From positions 26,014 through 90,013 of the forward strand of contig CAVTYQ010000009.1 of assembly GCA_963739005.1 (NCBI GenBank): a stretch of DNA of 64,000 nucleotides, written 5' to 3'. Shown piece by piece: positions 49,166 to 60,287 of this stretch. The translations under genes and the position numbers were made by a program. Within the stretch, counting starts at the first letter, position 1. Each line of letters begins with the position of its first letter. The stretch is from an uncultured Alphaproteobacteria bacterium. GTDB taxonomy: Bacteria; Pseudomonadota; Alphaproteobacteria; Rhizobiales; Afifellaceae. Below the pieces are notes generated by a model. The model made no database searches and had not been told where the DNA came from. It saw nothing but the letters and a program-made list of their open reading frames with translations.

Positions 49166-49990
49166 ATGGCGCTTCCCGATTTTTCGATGCGCCAGCTGCT
49201 TGAGGCTGGCGTGCATTTCGGTCACCAGACACATCGCTGGAACCCGAAGATGGGCACCTACATCTATGGGGCCCGCAACAACATCCACATCATCGACCTC
49301 GCACAGACCGTGCCGATGCTCTATCGCGCGCTGCAGCAGGTGAGCGAGACGGTCGCGAAGGGCGGGCGTATCCTCTTCGTGGGCACCAAGCGGCAGGCGT
49401 CGGAGGCGATCGCCGAAGCGGCGCGGCGCTCGGCGCAGTACTACGTCAACTCGCGCTGGCTCGGCGGCACGCTCACCAACTGGAAGACGATCTCCAAGTC
49501 GATCGACCGGCTCCGGACGCTCGATCAGATGCTCGACGAGGGGGCGCAGGGCCTGACCAAGAAAGAGCGGCTCTCGCTGACGCGCGAGCGCGACAAACTC
49601 ATGCGCGCGCTTGGCGGCATCAGGGACATGGGCGGCGTGCCCGACCTCCTCTTCGTGATCGACACCAACAAGGAGGCGATCGCGATCGCCGAGGCGCGGC
49701 GGCTCAACATCCCGATCGCCGCGATCGTCGACTCGAATTCCGATCCGGACGGCATCACCTTCCCGATTCCCGGCAACGACGATGCGGGCAGAGCGGTGGC
49801 GCTCTACTGCGATCTCGTGGCGCGCGCCGCGATCGACGGCATTTCGCGGGCGCAGGGCGACAAGGGGATCGACGTCGGCGCTGCGGAAGAGGCGCCAGCC
49901 GAGGTGGCGCTCGAAGGCGAGGCGTTTCCCGAAGCGCCCGCCGGGGCCGGCGACGGGAAGCCCGACTCGGAGCTTGCGGCCGCGTCCTGA
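49166..49990 (+). CDS. rpsB: 30S ribosomal protein S2
   Basis: [29 protein letters not shown].... Track ORF 49121 trimmed to ATG 49166. 274 aa with an acidic C-terminal extension. Confidence 0.96.
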   Translation: MALPDFSMRQLLEAGVHFGHQTHRWNPKMGTYIYGARNNIHIIDLAQTVPMLYRALQQVSETVAKGGRILFVGTKRQASEAIAEAARRSAQYYVNSRWLGGTLTNWKTISKSIDRLRTLDQMLDEGAQGLTKKERLSLTRERDKLMRALGGIRDMGGVPDLLFVIDTNKEAIAIAEARRLNIPIAAIVDSNSDPDGITFPIPGNDDAGRAVALYCDLVARAAIDGISRAQGDKGIDVGAAEEAPAEVALEGEAFPEAPAGAGDGKPDSELAAAS

Positions 49991-50033
49991 CGCGACTTCC
50001 CGAGCTTCAAATTCAGATCGAAAGGATAGCCTG

Positions 50034-50924
50034 ATGGCCATCACAGCGCAGATGGTGAAAGACCTGCGTGAGAAAACCGGCGTCGGCATGATGGATTGCA
50101 AGGCCGCGCTGAACGAGACGAAGGGCGACATGGAGGCCGCGGTCGACTGGCTGCGGACGAAAGGGCTTGCCAAGGCGGCGAAGAAGGCCGGCCGCGTCGC
50201 GGCGGAGGGCCTGATCGGCGTCGCCGGCTCGGGAAACCGCGCGGCCATCGTGGAGCTCAACTCGGAGACCGACTTCGTGTCGCGGAACGACCAGTTCCAG
50301 GCGCTCGCGAAGTCGGTCGCCGAGGCGGCGCTCACGACCGACGGCAAGCTCGATTCGGTGCTGAAGGCCAAGCTTCCCAGCGGATCGAGCGTCGAAACCG
50401 CCGTCACGGCGGCAGTCGCCACGATCGGCGAGAACATGACGCTTCGCCGCGCCGCAGTCGTCTCCGTGGATAAGGGCGTCGTCGCGAGCTACGTGCACGC
50501 GGCGATCGCGCCGGGCCTCGGCAAGATCGGCGTGCTGGTCGGGTTGAAATCCGATGGCGACGCGGCAAAACTTCAGACGCTCGGCCGGCAGGTCGCGATG
50601 CACGTCGCGGCGGCGAGCCCGCTTGCGGTCGACGCCGACCGCCTCGATCCGGGGACCATCGCGCGCGAGCGCGCGATCTTCGCCGAGCAGGCGCGCGAGT
50701 CCGGCAAGCCGGAGGCGATCATCGAGAAGATGGTGGAAGGCCGGCTGCGCAAGTTCTACGAGGAATCGACGCTTCTGAAGCAGGCCTTCGTGATGGATTC
50801 GGAGCGCACCGTCGAGGCGGTGCTGAAGGACGCCGCGAAGGATCTCGGTGGGCCGGTCACGGTGACGGATTTCGTCGCCTTCCGGCTCGGCGAGGGAATT
50901 CAGAAGGATGGCGACGGCGAGTGA
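50034..50924 (+). CDS. tsf: Elongation factor Ts
   Basis: [44 protein letters not shown].... Track ORF 49782 trimmed to ATG 50034. Confidence 0.96.
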   Translation: MAITAQMVKDLREKTGVGMMDCKAALNETKGDMEAAVDWLRTKGLAKAAKKAGRVAAEGLIGVAGSGNRAAIVELNSETDFVSRNDQFQALAKSVAEAALTTDGKLDSVLKAKLPSGSSVETAVTAAVATIGENMTLRRAAVVSVDKGVVASYVHAAIAPGLGKIGVLVGLKSDGDAAKLQTLGRQVAMHVAAASPLAVDADRLDPGTIARERAIFAEQARESGKPEAIIEKMVEGRLRKFYEESTLLKQAFVMDSERTVEAVLKDAAKDLGGPVTVTDFVAFRLGEGIQKDGDGE

Positions 50925-51045
50925 GGCTTGCCCTGCAATTGCCGGAAAGTGTGTGATTTTCCCGGGGCGCCGACGTGACTTGTCGGCGCCCTTGTCTTAT
51001 GCGGTCGAGGCGGAGCCGTGCGGACCGCCAGGTGCGAGGTCGACA

Positions 51046-51768
51046 ATGCCCCCGAGGCCGAAGCCGAAGCGGATTCTGCTAAAACTTTCGGGGGAGGCGT
51101 TACTCGGAAATCTTGCCTTCGGGATCGACGACAGCGCGCTCACCCGCTTTGCCGCGGAGATTGCCAGCGTAGCGCGCGCGGGGACCGAAATCGCCGTCGT
51201 CATCGGCGGCGGCAATCTCTTCCGCGGCGTCGCTATTTCGGCCAAGGGCGGCGACCGGGTGACCGGCGACCACATGGGCATGCTCGCCACCGTCATGAAC
51301 GCGCTGGCGCTCGAGGCGGCGCTGTCGCGGCAGGGCATGGAGGCGCGCGCCCTTTCGGCGATCGAGATGCCCTCGATCTGCGAGACCTATGTCCACCGCC
51401 GCGCGGTCTGGCACATGAGCCGTCAGGTGATCGTCGTGCTCGCCGGCGGCACCGGCAATCCGTTCTTCACCACCGACAGCGGCGCGGCGCTCCGGGCGCT
51501 TGAGCTCGAATGCGACGCGCTGCTCAAGGGAACGCAGGTGGACGGCGTCTATTCGGCAGATCCGCGGCGCGATCCGAACGCTGTGCGCTACGACCACGTG
51601 ACCTTCCAAGAGGCTATTTCTCAAGGACTTGCGGTCATGGACACCGCCGCCTTTGCCCTTGCCCGAGACAACGGACTGCCGATAATCGTGTTCAACGTAC
51701 ATGAGCCGGGAACCCTGGCGAGAATCGTCGCGGGAGAGGCCGTCGGCACCCTTGTTTCCGCCGGTTGA
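51046..51768 (+). CDS. pyrH: UMP kinase
   Basis: ...[14 protein letters not shown]..., [22 protein letters not shown]. 240 aa from ATG 51046. Confidence 0.95.
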   Translation: MPPRPKPKRILLKLSGEALLGNLAFGIDDSALTRFAAEIASVARAGTEIAVVIGGGNLFRGVAISAKGGDRVTGDHMGMLATVMNALALEAALSRQGMEARALSAIEMPSICETYVHRRAVWHMSRQVIVVLAGGTGNPFFTTDSGAALRALELECDALLKGTQVDGVYSADPRRDPNAVRYDHVTFQEAISQGLAVMDTAAFALARDNGLPIIVFNVHEPGTLARIVAGEAVGTLVSAG

Positions 51769-51796
51769 TCGCCAGGAAAACCGAGGAGAACCAGGC

Positions 51797-52366
51797 ATGG
51801 CGACGATTGCGGAGGGGCTCGACTTTGGCGACTTGAGCCGGCGTATGCACGGGGCAGTCTCCGTTTTGAAGACGGAACTTTCCGGGCTGAGGACCGGGCG
51901 TGCATCGCCGAACCTTCTCGATCCGGTCACCGTCGCCGCCTACGGCACGCATATGCCCATCAACCAGGTAGCGACGGTCAACGTGCCCGAGCCACGCATG
52001 CTTTCCGTTCAGGTCTGGGACAAGGCACTGGCGTCGGCCGTCGACCGCGCCATCCGCGACGCGAATCTTGGGCTCAATCCGATCATGGAGGGCCAGCTGC
52101 TGCGCATTCCGATCCCGGAGCTCAACGCCGAGCGGCGGCAGGAAATGGTCAAGGTTGCCCACAAATATGCCGAACAGGCCCGGATCGCCGTCCGTCACGT
52201 GCGAAAGGATGGCATGGACACCCTGAAGAAGTTCGAGAAGGATGGGCACCACAGCCTTGACGACATGCGCACGCAATCGGACGAACTGCAAAAGCTGACC
52301 GACGCCGCTATCAAGGAAATCGACGACATGCTGGCCGCCAAGGAACGCGAGATCGTACAGGTTTAG
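51797..52366 (+). CDS. frr: Ribosome recycling factor
   Basis: 189 aa, ...[16 protein letters not shown]..., [34 protein letters not shown]. Confidence 0.95.
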   Translation: MATIAEGLDFGDLSRRMHGAVSVLKTELSGLRTGRASPNLLDPVTVAAYGTHMPINQVATVNVPEPRMLSVQVWDKALASAVDRAIRDANLGLNPIMEGQLLRIPIPELNAERRQEMVKVAHKYAEQARIAVRHVRKDGMDTLKKFEKDGHHSLDDMRTQSDELQKLTDAAIKEIDDMLAAKEREIVQV

Positions 52367-52371
52367 CCCGC

Positions 52372-53160
52372 TTGCCGAACCACGCCATTACTTCGCTCGC
52401 CGAAAGCCCCGCGCCGGAGCTTGAGCCCCGCCGCGCCGGAACGGCATTTCCGGGCCCGCTTCCGCGCCATGTCGGCATCATCATGGACGGCAACGGCCGC
52501 TGGGCGCATGCGCACGGCCTGCCGCGCGGGGAGGGGCACCGCCGCGGCGTCGAGGCGCTCCGCGGTGCGGTCCGCTACGCGGTGCGTCGTGGCATCCGCT
52601 ACATGACGCTCTTCAGCTTCTCTTCCGAGAACTGGTCGCGTCCGGACGACGAGATCCAAGGTCTCTTCAATCTCGTCCGCATCTTCATCCGCAGCGACCT
52701 CGCCGACCTCAACCGTAACAGCGTCAGGGTCCGCGTCATCGGCGCCCGCGATACGATCCCCGCCGACATCCGCGGTCTGATCGAAGAGGCGGAAGGCGTC
52801 ACCAACGGGAATCGCGGGCTCCAGCTCGTCGTCGCCTTCAACTACGGTTCGCGCGACGAGATTGCGCGCGCCGCGCGCCAGCTTGCCGAGCGCGCGGTCA
52901 GGGGCGAGATCACGCCCTCCGATATCGATCAGGAAACCTTCGAAAAGGCGCTCGATACGGTGGGGATACCCGATCCGGACCTCATCATCCGCACGTCGGG
53001 CGAGCAGCGCATCAGCAATTTCCTGCTTTGGCAGGCAGCCTATGCCGAATTGATCTTTCTGCCGGTGCTGTGGCCGGAGTTCGGCGACGCGGAGTTTGAG
53101 GGCGCGCTCGATGAATACGCCTCGCGGGAACGCCGCTACGGAGGCGTCGTTGGCGGTTGA
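52372..53160 (+). CDS. uppS: Di-trans,poly-cis-undecaprenyl-diphosphate synthase
   Basis: [47 protein letters not shown]. The only in-frame start upstream of the conserved core is TTG 52372. Confidence 0.92.
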   Translation: MPNHAITSLAESPAPELEPRRAGTAFPGPLPRHVGIIMDGNGRWAHAHGLPRGEGHRRGVEALRGAVRYAVRRGIRYMTLFSFSSENWSRPDDEIQGLFNLVRIFIRSDLADLNRNSVRVRVIGARDTIPADIRGLIEEAEGVTNGNRGLQLVVAFNYGSRDEIARAARQLAERAVRGEITPSDIDQETFEKALDTVGIPDPDLIIRTSGEQRISNFLLWQAAYAELIFLPVLWPEFGDAEFEGALDEYASRERRYGGVVGG

Positions 53161-53179
53161 CGGAACGCGGACCGCGGAC

Positions 53180-53857
53180 GTGACCGAACTTCAGACGCGC
53201 GTTATCTCCGCCGCCGTACTGGCGCCGGTTGCGATCGCGGCATTGGTCGTCGGTGGGCTTCCCTTCACCGCGTTCGTGGCGCTCGTGGCAATCATCGGCT
53301 TTTGGGAATGGACGACGATCGTCGGCGCCCGTATCGCCTGGATGGCATTCGGGGTCGTCTATCTGGCCCTCCCGGCCGCCGGATTGATCCTGCTCCGACA
53401 GGCCGTGCCGCCGGTCGGCTGGGCATCGATTCTCCTGCTCCTCACGGTGGTCTGGGCGACGGATATTGCCGCCTATTTCGCCGGGCGCACTTTCGGTGGG
53501 CCGAAGCTCTGGCCGCGCGTTTCGCCGAAGAAGACCTGGTCTGGCGCGCTCGGTGGGCTGGCGGCGGCGCTCATTGCCGGCGGTGCGGTCGCGGCACTGA
53601 CGGGGGCGGGCGGCTTCTGGCTCGGGGTGGTGCTCGCGGCCCCGCTTTCGATCGCAGCGCAGGCGGGCGATCTTTTCGAATCCGCGGTGAAGCGACGGTT
53701 TGGGGTCAAGGACTCCGGCACGATCATCCCGGGCCATGGCGGCGTGCTCGACCGGGTGGACGGCCTTCTCGGTGCTGCGGCGCTTGCCTTGCTCCTCGCG
53801 GCGCTTGGACTTGGCGGTGGCGTTCTCGTGCTGCCAGCTCTGCCGGGCTCGGCATGA
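53180..53857 (+). CDS. cdsA: Phosphatidate cytidylyltransferase
   Basis: ...DIAAYFAGRTFGGPKLWPRVSPKKTWSGALGG..., GDLFESAVKRRFGVKDSGTIIPGHGGVLDRVD. The start is uncertain: GTG 53180 (MTELQTRVISAAVL) preferred over TTG 53150 or ATG 53111, which overlap uppS. Confidence 0.9.
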   Translation: MTELQTRVISAAVLAPVAIAALVVGGLPFTAFVALVAIIGFWEWTTIVGARIAWMAFGVVYLALPAAGLILLRQAVPPVGWASILLLLTVVWATDIAAYFAGRTFGGPKLWPRVSPKKTWSGALGGLAAALIAGGAVAALTGAGGFWLGVVLAAPLSIAAQAGDLFESAVKRRFGVKDSGTIIPGHGGVLDRVDGLLGAAALALLLAALGLGGGVLVLPALPGSA

Positions 53858-55032
53858 CCCGCCGCATCACGCTTCTCGGCGCGACCGGGTCTATCGGCAC
53901 CAGCGCTGCCGACGTCATCCAGACCGCGTCCGACAGCTTCGAGGTGCACGCCGTCACCGCGCACGCGAACGTTGCGAAGCTCGTCGAGACGGCGCGGAAG
54001 CTCCGTGCCCGCCGCGCGGTCGTCGCGGATGAGGCGAGCTTCAAGGCGCTGCGGGACGATCTCTTCGGCTCAGGCATTGCCGCGTCAGCCGGCCCGGAGG
54101 CCGTCGAAGAAGCAGCGGCCGAGCCGGTCGACATCGTGCTTTCCGCGATCGTCGGCGCCGCCGGGCTCAAGGCGACGGCGGCGGCGATCCGCGCCGGCAG
54201 CGACATCGCGCTCGCCAACAAAGAGTGCCTGATCTGCGCCGGAAGCGCCTTCATGGCGCTTGCCCGCGAGCACGGCGTGAAGGTGCTTCCCGTCGATTCG
54301 GAGCACAACGCGCTCTACCAGCTTCTCGACAGGCGCGATCCCCACATGATCCGCGTCTACACGCTCACCGCGTCCGGCGGCCCGTTCCGCACGTGGTCGG
54401 CGGAGCGGATGGCGGAGGCGACGCCGCAACAGGCGGTCGCCCACCCGACCTGGTCGATGGGCGCCAAGATATCGGTCGACTCGGCGACCCTGATGAACAA
54501 GGGCCTGGAGCTGATCGAGGCCCATCACCTCTTCGGGCTCGCGCCGGAAGCGCTCGATGTGGTGGTGCATCCCCAATCGGTCGTGCATGCGCTCGTCACC
54601 TTCCGCGACGGGTCCATTCATGCCGAGCTTGGCGCGGCCGACATGCGGCGCCCGATCGGCTATTGCCTGCATTGGCCGGAGCGCGCGCGTGAGCCCGTCG
54701 CGACGCTCGATCTCGCCGCCGTTGGGCAACTCACGTTCGAGCGCGCCGACACGGAACGCTTCCCGGCACTTCGCCTCGCAATGGAGGCGCTCCGCCGCGG
54801 CGGGGGCGCGGCGACGGTGCTGAACGCCGCCAATGAAGTCGCGGTCGAAGCCTTCCTCGGCGGGCGGGTCGCCTTCACCGAGATTCCAAAGATTGTCGAA
54901 ATCGCCTTGACGGCCGCCGAATCCGAGGGATTGCTGTCCGAACCGTCATCGATCGAAGAGGCGCTGGCGCTGGACTCTGTTGCGCGCCTGATCGCCCGGG
55001 CCGACCTTAAGCGCCGCTCCGCGGCAGCCTGA
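53854..55032 (+). CDS. dxr: 1-deoxy-D-xylulose 5-phosphate reductoisomerase
   Basis: MTRRITLLGATGSIGTSAADV..., LANKECLI, PVDSEHNALYQ, HPTWSMGAKISVDSATLMNKGLE. ATGA overlap with cdsA; track ORF 53302 trimmed. Confidence 0.95.
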   Translation: MTRRITLLGATGSIGTSAADVIQTASDSFEVHAVTAHANVAKLVETARKLRARRAVVADEASFKALRDDLFGSGIAASAGPEAVEEAAAEPVDIVLSAIVGAAGLKATAAAIRAGSDIALANKECLICAGSAFMALAREHGVKVLPVDSEHNALYQLLDRRDPHMIRVYTLTASGGPFRTWSAERMAEATPQQAVAHPTWSMGAKISVDSATLMNKGLELIEAHHLFGLAPEALDVVVHPQSVVHALVTFRDGSIHAELGAADMRRPIGYCLHWPERAREPVATLDLAAVGQLTFERADTERFPALRLAMEALRRGGGAATVLNAANEVAVEAFLGGRVAFTEIPKIVEIALTAAESEGLLSEPSSIEEALALDSVARLIARADLKRRSAAA

Positions 55033-55053
55033 AGCACAAATCCAGGGATTCCA

Positions 55054-56193
55054 ATGGATTACCTGATCCATATGTGGGGCATCCTCATCGACAACGTCGT
55101 CCCGGCGCTGGTCGTGCTGACGGCTGTCGTGTTCGTCCACGAGATGGGGCATTTCCTGGTCGCCCGCTGGTGCGGCATCCGCGTCGCCGCCTTCTCGATC
55201 GGCTTCGGACGCGAGCTTTTCGGGTTCACCGATCGCCGCAGCACGCGGTGGAAGGTGTCCGCCATACCGCTCGGCGGCTACGTGCGCTTCGAGGGCGACG
55301 ACAACGCCGCCAGCGTTCCCGATCCTGAGCTGCTGGCGGCAACGCCAATCTCCGAGCGGCAGGGCCTCTTCCATTTCGCGCCGGTCTGGAAGCGGTTTCT
55401 GGTCGTGGCGGCGGGCCCAGCCGCGAACTTCGTCCTGGCCGTGCTCGTCTTTGCGGCGCTCTTCGTTTTCGTCGGCCGCCCGCACGTCCTGCCAATCGCC
55501 GACACGGTGATCGCCGGAAGCGCGGCCGACGAGGCCGGAATCAAGCCCGGCGATCGAATCGTCAGGGTCGACGGAAGTTCGATCGAATCATTCATGGACC
55601 TGCAGAGCATCGTCATGCTCGCAGCCGACGAGACGCTTACGGTCGTGGTCGATCGGGACGGGCAGGACATCACGCTTTCCGCGACGCCGCGGCGCGTCGA
55701 GCAGCCGGACCGCCTAGGCGGCACGCATAAGATCGGCGTTCTCGGCATCACCGGGCCGCCCGGCGACTTCCGCCGCGACGATCCGCTGACGGCGGTCGTC
55801 GAAGGGGCGCGCGAAACCGCCAACATCGTCGACCGCACGATGACCTATATCGGCCGGCTCCTCAGGGGCCGTGAAAGCACCGATCAGCTTTCAGGACCAA
55901 TTCGCATCGGGCAGGTGTCGGGCGCGGTGGTCTCCTCGGGTGGCATTCCGGGGCTGATCTACCTCGCCGCGGTGCTTTCGGTATCGATCGGGCTCTTCAA
56001 TCTCTTCCCGGTTCCGATGCTCGATGGGGGACACCTTTTCTTCTACCTGATCGAGGTGGTGCGGGGCCGTCCGCTGAGCGCCCGAGTCCAGGATCTCGGC
56101 TTTCGCATCGGCTTCGCCCTCGTCATCATGCTGTTCATCTTCGTGACCTTCAACGACATCGCGAATATTTCGGGAATTTTCGCGAACTCGTAA
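55054..56193 (+). CDS. rseP: RIP zinc metalloprotease RseP
   Basis: HEMGHFLVARWCG (HExxH), a PDZ region, LSVSIGLFNLFPVPMLDGGH. Confidence 0.93.
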   Translation: MDYLIHMWGILIDNVVPALVVLTAVVFVHEMGHFLVARWCGIRVAAFSIGFGRELFGFTDRRSTRWKVSAIPLGGYVRFEGDDNAASVPDPELLAATPISERQGLFHFAPVWKRFLVVAAGPAANFVLAVLVFAALFVFVGRPHVLPIADTVIAGSAADEAGIKPGDRIVRVDGSSIESFMDLQSIVMLAADETLTVVVDRDGQDITLSATPRRVEQPDRLGGTHKIGVLGITGPPGDFRRDDPLTAVVEGARETANIVDRTMTYIGRLLRGRESTDQLSGPIRIGQVSGAVVSSGGIPGLIYLAAVLSVSIGLFNLFPVPMLDGGHLFFYLIEVVRGRPLSARVQDLGFRIGFALVIMLFIFVTFNDIANISGIFANS

Positions 56194-56362
56194 TGGGTTA
56201 GCCGACGTTGCCCAAAGGTCACGTGGCACCAAAAAACGGGGCATTCGGGGGGCAAGTCCGATTGAAAGCACGTCCAAACCCTGCAATAGGTTTGCAGGGG
56301 CCCGACCGCAGGCGGCGCCCTTCAAATGGTTTCGCGCCCAGAAAGAACAGAAAAAGCCGCCA

Positions 56363-58706
56363 ATGCGAGTAAGACGGAGCCGGCACTACCTCCAGGGCTT
56401 CTTGGCCACGCTGATCATTGTCGCCGCGTCGATTCTGTCCGCGGCGCTGCCTGCTTCGACCGCGCACGCCACTGTCGTCAGCCGCATCGACGTTGAAGGA
56501 AACCAGCGGGTCGATGCGGAAACGATCCGGGCCTATCTCGTCATTCGGCCTGGCAAGGCCTTCGGCAGCGCGGAAGAGGACACCTCGCTCAAGGCCTTGT
56601 TCGAGACCGGGCTTTTCTCCGACGTGAACCTCGACGTGCGCGGGGCGGCGCTTGTCGTCATCGTCGTCGAAAATCCGGTGATCAACGAGGTCGGATTCGA
56701 GGGCAACAAGAAGTTCAAGGACGACCAGCTCAAAAACGTCGTGCAATCGGCTGCGCGCGGCGTCTTCACGCAGGCGAAGGTGCAGTCCGACGTCGGGCGG
56801 ATCCTTGAGCTCTACCGCCGGTCCGGGCGCTTCGAGGCTTCGGTCGATCCGCAGACGATCCCGCTGCCGAACAACCGCGTGAACCTCGTCTTCGTGGTCA
56901 CCGAGGGGCCGAAGACCGGTGTCGCCGGCATCACCTTCGTTGGAAATCACGCCTTCGGCGACGCGCGGCTCAGGAACGTCATCGCGACCAAGCAAAGCGG
57001 GCTCTTGAGCTTCATCCGCAGCGGCGACAACTACGATCCCGACCAGCTCTCGTCGGACGAAGAAAAGCTCACGCGCTACTATCTCGACCGCGGCTTTGCG
57101 GACTTCCAGGTAGTGTCGTCGGTGGCGGAGCTCGACCGCGAGCGGAACTCCTTCTTCATCGTCTTCACGATCAACGAGGGGCCGCGCTATCAATTCGGCG
57201 ACATCACGATCAATTCGTCCATTTCCGGGGTCGACCCGAAAGCCATCCAGCGCCAGGTCCTCACCGACAGGGGCGACGTCTATTCAAGCGGCAACGTCGA
57301 CAAATCGCTCGAGAACATCACGCTCTATCTCGCCGCGAACGGCTATCCGTTCGCGCAGGCGCGCCCGCGCCTCGACCGCGATCCGGAGACGCTGACGATC
57401 AGCGTAACCTACGTCGTCGACGAAGGCGCGCGCGTCTACATCGAGCGCATCGAGATTCGCGGAAATACGCGAACGCGCGACTACGTCATCCGCCGCGAAT
57501 TCGACATCGCCGAAGGCGACGCCTTCAATCGCGTGCTCATCGACCGCGCGCAGCGGCGGCTTCGCAACCTCGGTTATTTCTCGAATGTCGACATCACGAC
57601 CGAGCCCGGCTCGGCGGACGATCGCGTCGTGGTCGTCGTCACCGTGGTCGAGCAGGCGACCGGCGAGCTTTCGTTCGGCGTCGGCTATTCGACCTCGGAC
57701 GGCGCGGTCGGCGACATTTCTCTGACGGAACGAAACTTCCTCGGCCGCGGCTACAACCTGCGCGTCGCTGTCGGCGCGGGCACGAGCACGCAGACCTACG
57801 AGGTCGGGTTCACCGATCCTTACTTCCTCGGTCGCCGCATCTCGGCGGGCGTGAACGTCTTCCGGCGCAAATACGACAAGAACAGCTTCCGTTCCTACAA
57901 CTACGAGACGACCGGCGGCTCGCTCGTCTTCGGCTTCCCGGTCACCGAGGACTTTACCGTCCAGACCGGCTACCAGATCGAGCTTCAGGACATCTCGGTC
58001 GATGCATCCAAGTGCGATATTCCGGATGCCGCCGGAGACAACGTTTCGCGCGCCATCTGCGAATCGCTCGGCAAGACGCTCGTGTCGTCCGTCTTCTACT
58101 CGCTGATCTACGACACGCTCGACGACCACAAGAATCCGCATGACGGCTTCTACGTGAAGTTCACGCAGGAATTTGCCGGCGTCGGCGGCGACGTGCGGTG
58201 GCTGCGGACGACCGGCAGCGGAACCTATTATCGTGAAATCTGGCCGGACCACGACGTCATCGGGCTGGTCAAGGTGCAGGCTGGAGACATCTTCGGCTTC
58301 GGTGAGAAGGTCCGGCTGCTCGACTCGTTCTTCAAGGGCGGGGAGACGGTGCGCGGCTTCGCGAGTTCGGGCTTCGGTCCCCGCGATCCGGCAACCGGCG
58401 ACGCGCTCGGCGGCAACATCTTCGCCGCCGCCACGGCCGAAGTGCAGTTCCCGTTCCCGATCCTGCCGAAGGAGCTTGGCTTCAAGGGCGCGGTGTTCGC
58501 CGACGCCGGCACGCTCTTCGACACGGATGCATCGGTTGCCACGGGATCGCCGCTCGAACTCGTCGGACATACGGTCGTCGGTCGGTGGCTCGATCCTTTG
58601 GGCGTCGCCGCTTGGGCCACTGCGGGCGGACTTCGCCCACGTGATCACCTCGCGGCCAGAGGACAACGAACAGGTCTTCCGGTTCGGCGGGGGCAAGAGC
58701 TTCTGA
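56363..58706 (+). CDS. bamA: Outer membrane protein assembly factor BamA, reading frame interrupted by an apparent +1 frameshift near 58553-58560
   Basis: Signal peptide, POTRA repeats (IDVEGNQRVDAETIRAYL...) and barrel in track ORF 56363..58762 up to ...FDTDASVATGSPLE. The conserved barrel end, SSDIRSSVGGSILWASPLGPLRADFAHVITSRPEDNEQVFRFGGGKSF*, is in the +1 frame (track ORF 58173..58706). Confidence 0.85.
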
Positions 58707-58754
58707 TAGGGTTGGGCGCGGCCGCACCGTCGGCCGGTTCACTCAGTCGTCCCA

Positions 58755-59789
58755 ATGCGTGATTCGCGCTTCATTCCATTGCCGTCGCCGCTGCGGCTCG
58801 CCGAGGTCGCGGAATTGGTCGGCGCGCGGATCGTCCGGGGTGACCCGGAGACGCTGATCCTCGGGGCCGCGCCGCTTGAGGCCGCGGACTCCGGCGACCT
58901 CAGTTTTCTCGACAATCCGAAATACGTGAAGCATCTGGCGGTGACGCGCGCGACGGCGTGCCTCTGCCAGAAGCGCTACGCGGAGCGGGTGCCGGCCGGC
59001 GTCGCGGTGCTGGAGTCGACGGAGCCGTACCGCGCCTATAGCCGCTACGTCGCGATCGCCTATCCGACGGCGCTCCGCCCTTCCGGCTTCTTCGGAGACT
59101 CAGAGATCGCCGGCTCCGTTCATCCGGACGCGCATCTGGAGGAGAGCGTCCGTGTCGAGCCCGGCGCCGTGGTCGGCGCGCGCGCCGAGATCGGCCGGGG
59201 CACCACCATCGCCGCCGGAGCTGTGGTCGGCGAGGCGGTGGCGATCGGGCGCGACTGTTTCGTCGGCGCGAACGCCGTCATCCAGCACGCGCTGATCGGC
59301 AACCGTGTCATCATTCATCCAGGCGTCAGCATCGGCCAGGACGGCTTCGGCTTCGTCCCGGGTGTGAGCGGTCACTTCAAGGTCGGGCAGATCGGCCGCG
59401 TCATCATCCAGGACGACGTGGAGATCGGCGCCAACACGACGATTGATCGGGGCGCCAACCGCGACACGGTCGTGGGCGAGGGGACCAAGATCGACAACCA
59501 GGTCCAAATCGCCCATAACGTCGAAATCGGCCGACACTGCCTGATCGTCGCGCAGGTCGGCATTTCGGGCTCCGTTCGGCTCGGCGATTTTGTGGCCATC
59601 GGCGGGCAGAGCGGGGTCAACGGGCACGTCAAGATCGGCGACGGCGCGCAGATCGCGGCGGTCAGCGTGGTGCACGACGATGTGCCGCCGGGAGCCCGCT
59701 GGGGCGGCGTTCCAGCGCGCCCGGTGAAGGAATGGTTCCGCGAGATGGTCGCACTGCGTAGACTTGCGCAAAAGGACCGGGCCGACTGA
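58755..59789 (+). CDS. lpxD: UDP-3-O-acylglucosamine N-acyltransferase
   Basis: 344 aa, hexapeptide repeats, ...IGQDGFGF..., IQDDVEIGANTTIDRGA..DTVVGEGTKIDNQVQIAHNV. Confidence 0.94.
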   Translation: MRDSRFIPLPSPLRLAEVAELVGARIVRGDPETLILGAAPLEAADSGDLSFLDNPKYVKHLAVTRATACLCQKRYAERVPAGVAVLESTEPYRAYSRYVAIAYPTALRPSGFFGDSEIAGSVHPDAHLEESVRVEPGAVVGARAEIGRGTTIAAGAVVGEAVAIGRDCFVGANAVIQHALIGNRVIIHPGVSIGQDGFGFVPGVSGHFKVGQIGRVIIQDDVEIGANTTIDRGANRDTVVGEGTKIDNQVQIAHNVEIGRHCLIVAQVGISGSVRLGDFVAIGGQSGVNGHVKIGDGAQIAAVSVVHDDVPPGARWGGVPARPVKEWFREMVALRRLAQKDRAD

Positions 59790-59826
59790 TTGACCGAAGC
59801 CTTGGCCGGTCGGGAGCGAATTGCCG

Positions 59827-60285
59827 ATGGATGAGATCAGGACGCTCGAGGCGGCCGATATCAGCAAGATCATGCAGGCGCTTCCGCACCGCTATCCGTT
59901 TCTGATGGTGGATCGGATCCGCGAGATCAACGGTGACAATTCCTGCATCGGCATCAAGAACGTCACCTACAACGAGCCGCATTTCCAAGGGCATTTCCCC
60001 GGCCATCCGGTGATGCCCGGCGTGCTCCTGATCGAGGGGATGGCGCAGACTGCGGGCGCGCTCTGCGTGCTCGCCCAGACTTTGTCGGCGCCTCCGAAGC
60101 TCGTCTACTTCATGACGATCGACAACGCGAAGTTCCGCAAGCCGGTCATTCCGGGAGACACCGTCGAGTACCACGTCCGCAAGATCCGCCGCCGCACCAA
60201 CATCTGGCGGTTCGCCGCGGAAGCACGCGTGGAAGGCGTCAAGGTCGCCGAGGCCGAAGTGAGCGCAATGCTGGTGGACGCCTGA
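59827..60285 (+). CDS. fabZ: 3-hydroxyacyl-ACP dehydratase FabZ
   Basis: [13 protein letters not shown]..., [28 protein letters not shown] 59827; the track starts at TTG 59821. Confidence 0.95.
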   Translation: MDEIRTLEAADISKIMQALPHRYPFLMVDRIREINGDNSCIGIKNVTYNEPHFQGHFPGHPVMPGVLLIEGMAQTAGALCVLAQTLSAPPKLVYFMTIDNAKFRKPVIPGDTVEYHVRKIRRRTNIWRFAAEARVEGVKVAEAEVSAMLVDA

Positions 60286-60287
60286 TC

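Noticed and set aside
58707-58754. No skp/ompH gene between bamA and lpxD (only a 48-nt spacer), considered as a possible gene loss.
   Set aside because: I cannot establish from memory that skp is expected at this position in this lineage. This is absence of evidence only, and skp may be encoded elsewhere.
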